From an uncultured Candidatus Rokubacteria bacterium (GTDB lineage Bacteria; Methylomirabilota; Methylomirabilia; Rokubacteriales; DASRDR01): a stretch of 64,000 nt of DNA. The notes below the pieces were generated by a model. It was not told the origin of the DNA. It ran no database searches and saw only the letters and a list, made by a program, of their open reading frames with translations. The stretch's first letter is position 1, and each line of letters starts with the position of its first letter. The position numbers and the translations under genes are program-made. Of this stretch, positions 32,341-41,467 are shown in pieces. The stretch covers positions 376,586-440,585 of the forward strand of contig CAWEXD010000008.1 of NCBI GenBank assembly GCA_963812945.1, read 5' to 3'.

Positions 32341-33726
32341 TCAGTCCCGGTACCGGGCCCAGTCGAGCCGGCTCGTCGGATCGGTGACCGACGCCGGCCG
32401 CAAGAGGTGCAGCGCCTCCAGGGCGGCCCGACGGCCGGTCGTCAGCGCCCCGTGGACGCACTCGGCGCCGCCGTCGGTGGACGTCGCCTCGCCGGCCCAG
32501 AAGATGGGTGGCGTGGGCGCGGCCAGGTCGCCCCGGCAGTGGGCGCCGCCGACCGGCTCGACGCTGACGGCGCCCCGCGCCCACGGATCGGCCGGCCAGT
32601 CGGCCACCTCGAGGTGCACCAGTTCCGAGGGAACGTCGGTCTCCGGAAACATCTCCCCGAGCGCCTCGAGCAGGAGCTTCTCGGCGCGGTCGGGGTATCC
32701 GGTCACGGCGAGCGCCGACCCGGCGCCGAGAAACGCCACCAGGGTCGGCGGCCCCGGCCGGTCCCAGAAGGACACGCGGAAGCCGAAGAACGGGGAGTCG
32801 GGCGCGCGGAAGCTCGGGACCGTTCCCGTCCGCGCTTCCCAGAACGGCCGGCGGAACTCGGCGATCAGCTTGACGATGGCGCCGCTTTGGAGGCCGTTGA
32901 TCGCCGCCCGCTTCCGGCCGGGAAGGGGCGGTCGAAAATCGACCGCCCCGGACTGGAGGACGCCCAGCGGCAGAGTGACGATGGCCGTCTGTCCCTCGAA
33001 CGACCGGCCGCCGGTGTGCGCCACGATGCCGGCTCCGGACCAGTCGAGGGCCGTCACGGGGGAGGCGAGCCGGATGCGATTCACGAACGGCCGGCTGAGG
33101 GCGTCCCACAGCTCCGCGTACCCGCCAACCAGAACGAAGCAGGCGGTCTCGGGGGCCACGAGGCGCCAGGCGGCCGCCGCCGAGCGGGCGCTCACCACGG
33201 TCGGATCGATCGGAGAGAGCACCTCCATCCGGCCCTCGGCGGCCCGCAGCCGGTCGCCCGAGAAGCCGGCCCTGACGAGCGCCTCCCGGAGGCTCACCTC
33301 GGCGCCGTCCGGAATGGCGAGCGCCTCGCCCAGTCCCTGGAGCGCCCGGTCGGAATCGGATGCGCCCGCGGGCCACCATTCACCCGCGCGATACTCGGGG
33401 ACCCCGATGCGGGTGGGTCCGCTGGCCAGATGCGTCACGAGACCGAAGCGGGCCACGAGCTCCCACGTCGCCACCCGGGCCCCGTGAAGGTACTCGGCGC
33501 CCCGCTCGGCGGCCTGCCCGCCCGACAGCCGGACGGTATGGGCCCGTCCGCCGATCCGGTCACGCCCTTCCAGGACGACGAACGACCGCCCCGCGTCGTG
33601 GAGGGTCGCCGCCGCCGCGAGCCCCGCGGCGCCGGCCCCGACGATCACGCAGTCGAGCACCCGCTCTGCCGCCCGACCGCTCATCGGTTCGCCGCTCCGG
33701 GTGGTCGGCATGGATCCACGCTCCAT
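32341..33726 (-). CDS. FAD-dependent amine oxidase family protein
   Basis: 461 aa: DCVIVGAGAAGLAAAATLHDAGRSFVVLEGRDRIGGR dinucleotide-binding fold and a C-terminal IFWAGEATS motif. Confidence 0.8.
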   Translation of the reverse strand: MERGSMPTTRSGEPMSGRAAERVLDCVIVGAGAAGLAAAATLHDAGRSFVVLEGRDRIGGRAHTVRLSGGQAAERGAEYLHGARVATWELVARFGLVTHLASGPTRIGVPEYRAGEWWPAGASDSDRALQGLGEALAIPDGAEVSLREALVRAGFSGDRLRAAEGRMEVLSPIDPTVVSARSAAAAWRLVAPETACFVLVGGYAELWDALSRPFVNRIRLASPVTALDWSGAGIVAHTGGRSFEGQTAIVTLPLGVLQSGAVDFRPPLPGRKRAAINGLQSGAIVKLIAEFRRPFWEARTGTVPSFRAPDSPFFGFRVSFWDRPGPPTLVAFLGAGSALAVTGYPDRAEKLLLEALGEMFPETDVPSELVHLEVADWPADPWARGAVSVEPVGGAHCRGDLAAPTPPIFWAGEATSTDGGAECVHGALTTGRRAALEALHLLRPASVTDPTSRLDWARYRD

Positions 33727-33797
33727 GGTTTCGTCCTCACCGTCCGCTCACGACACGAACGTAACGGAAGTCCCGCCGCCGGACAAGAACGCCCCGC

Positions 33798-33950
33798 TCA
33801 GACGTGGTTGCGGAGCATGAGCTCCTTGGGACGGGGTCGGAGGTAGCCCTGGTCCCGGACGTACGCGAGGTCGAACCGCGCCTCGTAGTGATTGATCAGC
33901 GTGATGGGGACGACGAGCGGAACGAGGTCGGGGGAGCGCCAGTCGGGCAC
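33798..33950 (-). CDS. Candidate small ORF (50 aa), unknown function
   Basis: GTG 33950 to TGA 33798 encodes VPDWRSPDLVPLVVPITLINHYEARFDLAYVRDQGYLRPRPKELMLRNHV. It has a strong G/C third-position bias and non-repetitive composition. It is below the track cut-off. Confidence 0.35.
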   Translation of the reverse strand: MPDWRSPDLVPLVVPITLINHYEARFDLAYVRDQGYLRPRPKELMLRNHV

Positions 33951-33969
33951 CGGTGAGCCTGCCCGCTCC

Positions 33970-34611
33970 TCAGCGTGCCGGTTTGCGGCACGCCAGCCGC
34001 CGGAGCATCCAGACGTGCGTCGCGATCACGATCGGCACGACGAACGTGAGGAGGAGCGAGAGCGGGAGATGAAGCAGCGCGCGCATCGACGCGGGATCCG
34101 CGAAGGCGAGACGGGCCGCGGTCAGGACGACCCCGAGGATGTCGACCAGGCCGACCACGTTCCACAGACGATAGGCGCGGCGGCCCCCAGGAGTGTCTGG
34201 CCGCGCGGTGATGACGAGGAGCAGGGCGGAGGCCGCCACCACGATATCTCCCCACCCCCCCGGCACGGCGAAGGCCCACGGGAGCTCGCCCCGCGCGTGG
34301 AGGGCGAGAAAGTAGATGCCGATGAAGCGCGTGACGTGAAAGAGGACGAGCGTGCGCGGGTCGACCGTCTCCACGAACCGGCGCAGAGTGGGCCAGAGCC
34401 GCTCCGCGGCCAAGAGGGCGACGGTGAGCCCGGTGAGGATCAATTGCGGCGCTGGCGGCCGGAGGGCCGGGAGCCGCCCGGATGCACCGACCAGGCAGGC
34501 GGCTACGAGCCACGCGCCGGCGCCGGCCAGGACGCGGCCGGTGTCGGGTGAAGCGGTCGGCGGCGGACCGTCGCGGCGATCTCGGACCGCTTCGCCGTTC
34601 TGGCGGCTCAC
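33970..34611 (-). CDS. Hypothetical integral membrane protein
   Basis: Only the C-terminal ~213 aa of track ORF 33970..35460 look real; the upstream part overlaps the CoA-transferase gene. Helices: AWLVAACLVGA, LILTGLTVALLAA, IGIYFLALHA, DIVVAASALLLVI, VVGLVDILGVVLTA and LLLTFVVPIVIA. GTG start at 34611. Confidence 0.6.
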   Translation of the reverse strand: MSRQNGEAVRDRRDGPPPTASPDTGRVLAGAGAWLVAACLVGASGRLPALRPPAPQLILTGLTVALLAAERLWPTLRRFVETVDPRTLVLFHVTRFIGIYFLALHARGELPWAFAVPGGWGDIVVAASALLLVITARPDTPGGRRAYRLWNVVGLVDILGVVLTAARLAFADPASMRALLHLPLSLLLTFVVPIVIATHVWMLRRLACRKPAR

Positions 34612-34755
34612 GTGAGGTCGTATAGCACGGGAGGTCGCGGCCCGCCACGGACGACGGCGGCTCGCGCCACCCGGCGGGACGCTTTGCCCGACCTCACCGG
34701 CGCCGTCCCCCAGCCGACACTTGCGGGGTCGACGCCGAGTCCCTATCGTAGGCGC

Positions 34756-36012
34756 GTGCCGGGACAGGAGCTGCTCGAGGGCGTCACGGTGCTCGACTTC
34801 ACGCGCGTCCTCGCGGGCCCGTACTGCACACGGCTCCTTGCCGACCTCGGGGCTCGTGTGATCAAGATCGAGCGGCCGCGGGGCGACGACATGCGGGTCG
34901 CTCCGCTCCAGCTGGATCCCCAGCGCTCCGACCAGAGCACCTATTTCGTGCGCGTCAACGCGGGCAAACGCTCGCTCGCCCTCGACCTGGGGCACGCCGA
35001 AGCGCGGGCGGTGGCGATGGATCTGGTGCGGGTTTCGGACGTCCTCGTCGAGAACTTCACGCCAGGAGTCATGGCGCGCCTGGGGCTCGACTACGCGGCG
35101 GCCGCCGCCCTCAAGCCCGACCTCGTTTACTGCTCCATCTCGGGATACGGCCAGACGGGTCCGTGGCGGGACCGCCCGGCGTTCGCCCACGTCGTGCACG
35201 CGACCTCGGGCCTGATGCATCTTCAGGACGCGGACGATCCGCCGCGAATCTCCTACCTCCAGGCGGCCGACGTGCTCGCCGGGACGCACGCGTTCGGCGC
35301 CATCGCGGCGGCGCTCCTGCGTCGCACGCGCACTGGCCGCGGCGCGCATCTCGACGTCTCGATGCTGGAGGCGCTCGTCGGCGCCGAGGACATCAGCTTC
35401 GGCAGTGTGCTCAACGACGGGCCGGCGTATCCGGGGGCGCGTGCCGGGATGGTCGTCCACCTGGTCGGCGGCGACTGGGTGGCGTTCCAGGTCGTCGGCG
35501 CGCTCGACCTGTGGCCGCGCCTCGTCCAGCTAATCGGCCGGCCCGATCTCCCGGCCGATCCACGCTTCGCAACCCCGGTGGCCCGGCGCGAGCACTGGCC
35601 CGAGCTCCGGGCGATCATCGGGGAGTGGCTCACCCGCTTCACGTCGGCCGAGGACATGCTGGCCGCCCTGGGTGCGGCGCGGATCCCCTGCGCGCGGGTG
35701 CTCCGGCCGGCCGAGGTCGTCGAGGCCCCCCACCTCCGGGCGCGCAGCGCCTTCCCGGCGGTCGCGCACCCGACGCGCGGCTCCGTCCGGGTGACCGCGG
35801 CGCCGTTCCACGTCGACGGGGTGCCCCTCGCTCCCGCGGGCCCGGCGCCCTACCGACCGGGCGAGGACTCGAAGGCGGTGCTCGCGGAGCTGCTCGGATA
35901 CGGGCCCGACCGGATCGCCGAGCTGGCGCGCCTCGGCGTGGTGACCGGCCCCGGCCTGGCGTCGCACCCGCCGCCGGATGGCCCACTGGCCGCCCCGCCG
36001 CTCGACGAGTAG
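34756..36012 (+). CDS. Family III CoA-transferase (CaiB/BaiF)
   Basis: LEGVTVLDFTRVLAGPYCTRLLADLGARVIKIERP...ENFTPGVMARLGL. GTG 34756 is preceded by TATCGT 6 nt upstream. Confidence 0.85.
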   Translation: MPGQELLEGVTVLDFTRVLAGPYCTRLLADLGARVIKIERPRGDDMRVAPLQLDPQRSDQSTYFVRVNAGKRSLALDLGHAEARAVAMDLVRVSDVLVENFTPGVMARLGLDYAAAAALKPDLVYCSISGYGQTGPWRDRPAFAHVVHATSGLMHLQDADDPPRISYLQAADVLAGTHAFGAIAAALLRRTRTGRGAHLDVSMLEALVGAEDISFGSVLNDGPAYPGARAGMVVHLVGGDWVAFQVVGALDLWPRLVQLIGRPDLPADPRFATPVARREHWPELRAIIGEWLTRFTSAEDMLAALGAARIPCARVLRPAEVVEAPHLRARSAFPAVAHPTRGSVRVTAAPFHVDGVPLAPAGPAPYRPGEDSKAVLAELLGYGPDRIAELARLGVVTGPGLASHPPPDGPLAAPPLDE

Positions 36013-36045
36013 AATCGGCGCCGCGCGGCCCACGGGCTGCGCGAC

Positions 36046-36618
36046 ATGAAGCTCACCCGGGATCGACTGGAGGCGATGATGGCGAGCCTGACGGAGCGGA
36101 TGGTCGGCGCGGCCAAGCTCGATGTGGCGACCTACGAGGAGGTCGAGGCCGACACCACGGCGACCCCGCAGGCCATGCTGGTCGTCGTCCTCGCGAACCT
36201 GGCCGCGGGCGTCGGCGTTTGGCGAGAGGTAGGAATCGGGGGCCTGCTGGTGACGACCCTCATCTCCCTCATCGGCTGGTACGCGTGGGCGTTCGTCACC
36301 TATTTCGTGGGGACGCGGTTCCTCCCCGGCGCCCGGACGCAGGCGGACGTCGGTCAGCTCCTGCGACCGATCGGATTCTCGGCCACGCCGGGGTTGATCC
36401 GCGTGCTCGGCATCGTGCCCGGACTCAACTGGATCGTCTCTCTCGTCGCGGCCGTGTGGATGCTGGTGGCGATGGTGGTCGCCGTGCGACAGGCCCTCGA
36501 CTACGACAGCACGGGACGGGCCGTCGCCGTCTGCCTCATCGGGTGGGCGATCAATATCGTGCTGATGCTGGTGGTGGCGGCGATGCTGGGCGTGACGGCC
36601 GGGATCTTCGGCCGCTGA
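36046..36618 (+). CDS. Yip1-family membrane protein
   Basis: 190 aa with five hydrophobic segments and an N-terminal soluble segment typical of the YIP1 domain. Confidence 0.6.
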   Translation: MKLTRDRLEAMMASLTERMVGAAKLDVATYEEVEADTTATPQAMLVVVLANLAAGVGVWREVGIGGLLVTTLISLIGWYAWAFVTYFVGTRFLPGARTQADVGQLLRPIGFSATPGLIRVLGIVPGLNWIVSLVAAVWMLVAMVVAVRQALDYDSTGRAVAVCLIGWAINIVLMLVVAAMLGVTAGIFGR

Positions 36619-36644
36619 CGGACGTCTCGAGGAGGAGAAGCACC

Positions 36645-38078
36645 GTGGCGATTCATGGGAACCTGATCAACGGCGAGTGGGTCACCGGCGCCGACGTCAA
36701 CCAGGACGTCAACCCGTCCAACGTCCAGGAGGTGGTCGGCGAGTACGCGCGCGCCGATTCGGCCCAGGCACAGGCGGCGGTTGCCGCGGCGCGAGCGGCG
36801 TTCCCGGCCTGGTCGCGCGGGAACCTGCAGGAGCGCGCCGACCTTCTCGACCGCGCGGGCGACGAGATCCTCCGGCGGGCGGAGGAGCTGGGGACTCTCC
36901 TCTCTCGCGAGGAGGGCAAGACGCTCCCGGAAGGCATCGGCGAGGCCAAGCGCGCGGGGTACATCTTCAAGTTCTTCGGGGGCGAAGTCGTGCGCCAGCG
37001 CGGGGAGCTCCTCGACTCCGTCCGCCCCGGCGTGTCGGTGGAGATCACGCGCGAGCCGCTCGGTGTCGTGGGCATCATCACGCCCTGGAACTTCCCGCTG
37101 GCGATCCCCGCGTGGAAGATCGCGCCGGCGCTGGCCTACGGCAACTGCGTCGTCTTCAAGCCGGCGGACCTGGTGCCGGGCTGTGCCTGGGCCCTGGCGG
37201 ACATCCTCGGGCGGGCCGGCGTGCCGTCCGGGGTGTTCAACCTCGTGATGGGACGAGGCTCCGCGGTCGGGGAGGCGCTGATCGCGTCGGCCGACGTCGA
37301 CGGGATCAGCTTCACGGGCTCGGTGGAGACCGGCCACGCGATCGCGAAGAAGGTCGTCGCGCGGATGGGAAAGATCCAGCTCGAGATGGGCGGAAAGAAT
37401 CCGCTCGTGGTCCTCGACGACGCCGACCTCGCAGTCGCGGTGAACTGCGCCGTCCAGGGCGCGTACTACTCGACGGGCCAGCGATGCACGGCGTCGAGCC
37501 GCCTCATCGTCACCGAGGGTCTCCACGATCGCTTCGTCCGGGCGACGGTCGAGCGGCTGGAGAAGCTGGTCGTCGACGACGCCCTCCGCAAGGGGACGGA
37601 CATCGGTCCCGTGGTGGATCAGGGCCAGCTCGACCAGAACCTGTCCTACCTCGAGCTCGGGCGGCGGGAGGGCGCGCGGCTCGCGTGGGGCGGTGACCGC
37701 CTCCGGCGCGAGCGGGAAGGCTACTACCTGGCGCCCGCGCTCTTCACCGACACCACGAACGGCATGCGGATCAACCGCGAGGAGATCTTCGGGCCGGTGG
37801 CGACCGTCATCCGCGCCCGCGACTACGAGGAAGCCCTCGTGCTCGCCAACGACACCCCGTTCGGGCTCTCGTCCGGAATCGTCACGACCTCGCTCAAGCA
37901 CGCGACGCACTTCAAGCGCAACTCGCAGGCGGGCATGGTCATGGTGAACCTCCCGACCGCCGGGGTCGACTACCACGTGCCGTTCGGCGGGCGGAAGGGA
38001 TCGAGCTACGGCCCCCGGGAGCAGGGGGCCTACGCGCGGGAGTTCTACACCTCGGTCAAGACGAGCTACACCGCCTGA
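36645..38078 (+). CDS. NAD(P)-dependent aldehyde dehydrogenase (ketoglutarate-semialdehyde dehydrogenase-like)
   Basis: GTG 36645 follows GGAGGAG. ITPWNFPLAIPAWKIAPALA, LEMGGKNP (catalytic Glu), GQRCTASSR (catalytic Cys) and EEIFGPV. Confidence 0.9.
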   Translation: MAIHGNLINGEWVTGADVNQDVNPSNVQEVVGEYARADSAQAQAAVAAARAAFPAWSRGNLQERADLLDRAGDEILRRAEELGTLLSREEGKTLPEGIGEAKRAGYIFKFFGGEVVRQRGELLDSVRPGVSVEITREPLGVVGIITPWNFPLAIPAWKIAPALAYGNCVVFKPADLVPGCAWALADILGRAGVPSGVFNLVMGRGSAVGEALIASADVDGISFTGSVETGHAIAKKVVARMGKIQLEMGGKNPLVVLDDADLAVAVNCAVQGAYYSTGQRCTASSRLIVTEGLHDRFVRATVERLEKLVVDDALRKGTDIGPVVDQGQLDQNLSYLELGRREGARLAWGGDRLRREREGYYLAPALFTDTTNGMRINREEIFGPVATVIRARDYEEALVLANDTPFGLSSGIVTTSLKHATHFKRNSQAGMVMVNLPTAGVDYHVPFGGRKGSSYGPREQGAYAREFYTSVKTSYTA

Positions 38079-38080
38079 GC

Positions 38081-38155
38081 GGGGTCAGACTTTGACTTCC
38101 GGACGATTCGTCGGCGGCGCGTCCTGGAACTGTCCCGAAGTCAAAGTCTGACCCC
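38081..38155. repeat. 75-bp palindromic element with perfect 19-bp inverted arms, between convergent genes
   Basis: GGGGTCAGACTTTGACTTC (38081-38099) and its exact reverse complement GAAGTCAAAGTCTGACCCC (38137-38155) flank a 37-nt spacer. The spacer contains an inner 5-bp stem (ggacg/cgtcc). The arms are AT-rich relative to their surroundings. Confidence 0.8.
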
Positions 38156-38157
38156 CC

Positions 38158-38925
38158 CTACCTCGGTGCCATGCGGATGGCGCCATCCAGCCGGATGGTC
38201 TCGCCGTTCAGCATGGCGTTCTCGATGATGTGGCAGGCGAGGGCGGCGTACTCCGCCGGGCGGCCGAGCCGGGCGGGGAAGGGGACCTGGCGGGCGAGGG
38301 ACTGCCGGGCCGGCTCGGGGAGCATCCCCATCAGCGGCGTGTCGAAGAGCCCGGGCGCGATCGTGCAGACGCGGACGCCCACCTCGGCCAGATCCCGGGC
38401 GATCGGGAGCGTCATCCCGACGATGCCGCCCTTGGAGGCCGAGTAGGCCGCCTGGCCGACCTGCCCGTCGTAGGCGGCGACGGACGCCGTGTTGACGACG
38501 ACGCCGCGCTCCCCTTCGGCGTTCGGCGTGTTCTGCGCCATCCGCACGGCGGCGAGCCGGATGCAGTTGAAGGTCCCGATCAGATTCACCTGGATGACGA
38601 AGGTGAAGGACCCCAGGTCGTGCGCCCCGCGCTTGCCGTGCGTCTTCTCGGCGATGGCGACGCCGGCGCAGTTCACCAGCCCGTGAATCGCTCCGAACCG
38701 CGCGATCGCCGCGTCCATCGCCGCCCCGACCTCGTCGGCGCTCGTGACGTCGCAGGGGGCGAAGAGCGCGTGCGCGCCCAGGTCGGCCGCGACCTGGGCG
38801 CCCGCCGAGCGGCCGAGGTCCAGGATGGCGACGCGGCCGCCCCCGGCGAGGAGTCGCTCGACCGTCGCCCGTCCGAGCCCGGACGCGCCACCGGTGACCA
38901 GGAACGTGGAGCCGTCGATCTTCAT
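38158..38925 (-). CDS. 3-hydroxyacyl-CoA dehydrogenase, SDR type II (HSD17B10-like)
   Basis: 255 aa: [25 protein letters not shown] and [10 protein letters not shown]. Confidence 0.85.
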   Translation of the reverse strand: MKIDGSTFLVTGGASGLGRATVERLLAGGGRVAILDLGRSAGAQVAADLGAHALFAPCDVTSADEVGAAMDAAIARFGAIHGLVNCAGVAIAEKTHGKRGAHDLGSFTFVIQVNLIGTFNCIRLAAVRMAQNTPNAEGERGVVVNTASVAAYDGQVGQAAYSASKGGIVGMTLPIARDLAEVGVRVCTIAPGLFDTPLMGMLPEPARQSLARQVPFPARLGRPAEYAALACHIIENAMLNGETIRLDGAIRMAPR

Positions 38926-39039
38926 GCCGTGATCCTCAGGGGGCTCGTCGAGCCCGTTGGACTTTCAGCGCCGCGAGGACGCTAGCATCGCCTCGAGCGA
39001 GGGTCAAGGCGCAGGTCGTCCTGCACGCCTCGCGTCCGC

Positions 39040-40044
39040 TCAGCCTCGCGGCGGGCGCGACTCGGCCGGAACGACCGGGAGCACGCGGGTCTCGCCCCGC
39101 CGCACGACGACGAGCGAAACGCGCACCTCGACCCGCGCTTCCGTGAGGAGCTTGTGCAAGGCGTCGATACCGGAGACCGGATGGCCGTCGAAGTCGACGA
39201 TCAGGTCGCCCGCGGTGAGGCCGGCGCGCGCGGCCGGGCTGTCCGCCTCGACCCCGGCGACGAGGACGCCGCTCGCGCTCGCGAGCCCGAGTCGCCGGGC
39301 CAGGGCGGGGTCCAGCGGCGTGGTCTGCCCTTCCACTCCGAGCCGGGCCCGCCGGATGCGCCCGTCGCGGATGAGCCGGCCGGCGACGAACCGCGCGATG
39401 TTGACCGCGATGGCGAAGCACAGGCCCTGGGCCGGGAGGATGACAGCCGTGTTCACGCCGATGACATCGCCGGAGGCGGCGCAGAGCGGCCCGCCCGAGC
39501 TGCCGGGGTTGAGGGCCGCGTCCGTCTGGAGAACGTCGTCGATCAAACGTCCGGAACGCGCGCGAAGCGACCGGCCGAGCGCGCTGACGACACCTGTCGT
39601 GACCGTGCAGTGGAGCCCGTACGGGTTCCCGATGGCGACGGCGAGCTGCCCCACGCGGACCCGCGCGGAGTCGCCCAGCGTGACCGCGACCAGGCCCGCG
39701 GCATCCGTGCGGATGACCGCGAGATCCGTCTCGGGATCGTCCCCCACCAGCCGCGCGTCGGCGCGCCGGCCGTCGGCCCAGGTGACCTCCAGCGCGCTCG
39801 CGCCGTGGACCACGTGGCTGTTGGTGAGGATGAAGCCGTCGGGCGCGAAGACGAAGCCGGACCCGCTCCCGCGCGGCCGCGCTTCGATCCGGACGACGGA
39901 CGAGCTGACGCGCTCGGCCACCGTCACCACGGCGCGGGAGTAGGCGTCGAGCAGGACCTCGTCGGGCGGGCCCGACGAGAGCTCGGGGGCGGGATCCCCG
40001 AGGTGGATCGGATCTCCTGATGCCAGGCGAAGCATGACGGACAT
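39040..40044 (-). CDS. HtrA/DegP-family serine protease with PDZ domain
   Basis: ATG 40044 follows a GGAGG Shine-Dalgarno. Triad context TNSHVV, DLAVIR and GSSGGP. PDZ region: GVLVAGVEADSPAARAGLTAGDLIV. Confidence 0.88.
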   Translation of the reverse strand: MSVMLRLASGDPIHLGDPAPELSSGPPDEVLLDAYSRAVVTVAERVSSSVVRIEARPRGSGSGFVFAPDGFILTNSHVVHGASALEVTWADGRRADARLVGDDPETDLAVIRTDAAGLVAVTLGDSARVRVGQLAVAIGNPYGLHCTVTTGVVSALGRSLRARSGRLIDDVLQTDAALNPGSSGGPLCAASGDVIGVNTAVILPAQGLCFAIAVNIARFVAGRLIRDGRIRRARLGVEGQTTPLDPALARRLGLASASGVLVAGVEADSPAARAGLTAGDLIVDFDGHPVSGIDALHKLLTEARVEVRVSLVVVRRGETRVLPVVPAESRPPRG

Positions 40045-40150
40045 GGCGGCCTCCGTTCCCTGACTCGAGGGTACGTGATAGGGTGGCCGCGTCAAGCGAC
40101 GCGCCCCACGATGCGCACGAGAGCCCACCCGGCCTGAGGGAGAGTCCTCC

Positions 40151-41368
40151 TTGCCCTGGCAGCCCTACCACTCGGTCTGGGCGCTCCTGGTCTTCGGCTG
40201 GATCTGCAACTACGTCGTGCGCATGGTCTTCTCGCCGCTGCTCGAGCCCATCATGGCTGAGTTCGGCCTGAGCCACGCCGAGGGCGGCTTCCTCTTCTCG
40301 GTCTTCTTCTACGGATACGTGGCGATGCAGGTCCCGGCCGGATTCCTGGGCGACCGGTTCGGCCGGAAGCGCGTGCTCGTCACGGGCATCCTCCTGGTCG
40401 CGGCGGCGGCCCTCGCCACGGGCCTGTCGACCTCGCTGGCGGTTCTGGTGCTGGCGCGCCTCGTCACCGGCCTCGCCCAGGGGATGTACTTCGCCAACGA
40501 CCGCCCGATCATCGCGGCCGCGACGCCGGCCGACCGGCTCGCGGTGGGGCAGGGGGTGTCGTTCTCGGGGCTGGGCATCGGCACCGCTCTCGGGGTGCTT
40601 CTGGGCGGCGCGCTCGGCGAGCTCATGCCCTGGCGGCAGGTCTTTCTCGTCGTCGCGATCCTCCCGCTCGTCTCGGCGACCCTGATCGGTCGCCTGGTGC
40701 CCGCCCCGGGCGGGGCGGCGGCCGCGCGCGCCTCCAGCGGCGAAGTGGCCGCCGTGTTCCGGCTTCGGGACCTGTGGCTCCTCGCGGTCGCGGGCATCGC
40801 GCCGATCTGGACCCAGTGGCTCGTCGGCACGTGGGGGCCGGCCCTGTTCGCCGAGGTCGGGGTGAAGGAGCTCGGGCGGTCCGCCGTCTACGCGAGCGTC
40901 CTCGGCATCGCCGCGCCGCCCGGCCTCCTGGCGGTCGGGACGCTCTCCGACCGCCTGCTCCGGCGCGGGATCCCCCGTCGCACCGTCGTGGCCGGCATGA
41001 TCGCCGTCACGGCGGTGCTGATCGCGTGCGTGGGCGGGATCGTGCAGGCGCGCGGCCCCGTCTGGCTTCTCGTGCTCGCCGTCTTCGCCACGAGCTTCAG
41101 CTTCTGGGGGACGTGGGCCCCGGTCTACGCGCTCACCGCGGAGCTCGCCCCGCAGAGGGCGATGGGCATCGCCTTCGGCGTCCTGAACGGCGTCGCGTTC
41201 ATCGGCGCCATCGTCGCGCCCTACGTCACCGGCTGGATCAAGGACTGGTCGGGCTCCTTCGCCGGCGGGTGCTACCTGGCCGCCGTCCTCCAGATCGTGG
41301 CGGTGCCGCTGGCGCTCGCCGTGGGCTCGCCCCGACCCGAGCGCCCGCCCGCGCACCCGCGCTCCTAG
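40151..41368 (+). CDS. MFS transporter
   Basis: 405 aa with 12 predicted helices and GDRFGRKRV between TM2 and TM3. TTG start. Confidence 0.85.
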   Translation: MPWQPYHSVWALLVFGWICNYVVRMVFSPLLEPIMAEFGLSHAEGGFLFSVFFYGYVAMQVPAGFLGDRFGRKRVLVTGILLVAAAALATGLSTSLAVLVLARLVTGLAQGMYFANDRPIIAAATPADRLAVGQGVSFSGLGIGTALGVLLGGALGELMPWRQVFLVVAILPLVSATLIGRLVPAPGGAAAARASSGEVAAVFRLRDLWLLAVAGIAPIWTQWLVGTWGPALFAEVGVKELGRSAVYASVLGIAAPPGLLAVGTLSDRLLRRGIPRRTVVAGMIAVTAVLIACVGGIVQARGPVWLLVLAVFATSFSFWGTWAPVYALTAELAPQRAMGIAFGVLNGVAFIGAIVAPYVTGWIKDWSGSFAGGCYLAAVLQIVAVPLALAVGSPRPERPPAHPRS

Positions 41369-41467
41369 CGAGGCCCGAGGGGTGGCGCGCGCCTGTGCTC
41401 GTGAACGAGCCGGGCTGACGGCTCGCCGAGCCGGGCGATCCCGCGGCCGGGGCGTCCGGAGGCCGGC

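Noticed and set aside
31109-33379. 756-aa minus-strand ORF suggesting a large fusion protein
   Set aside because: Only its last ~135 aa (the B12-binding domain) look real. The upstream part overlaps the SDR and amine oxidase genes, which are in other frames and have clear motifs.
36010-36015. TAGAAT overlapping the CoA-transferase stop as a leaderless promoter for the Yip1 gene
   Set aside because: It is 30 nt from the ATG at 36046, so it is not the leaderless geometry. It may still be an ordinary -10, but the evidence is too weak to call.
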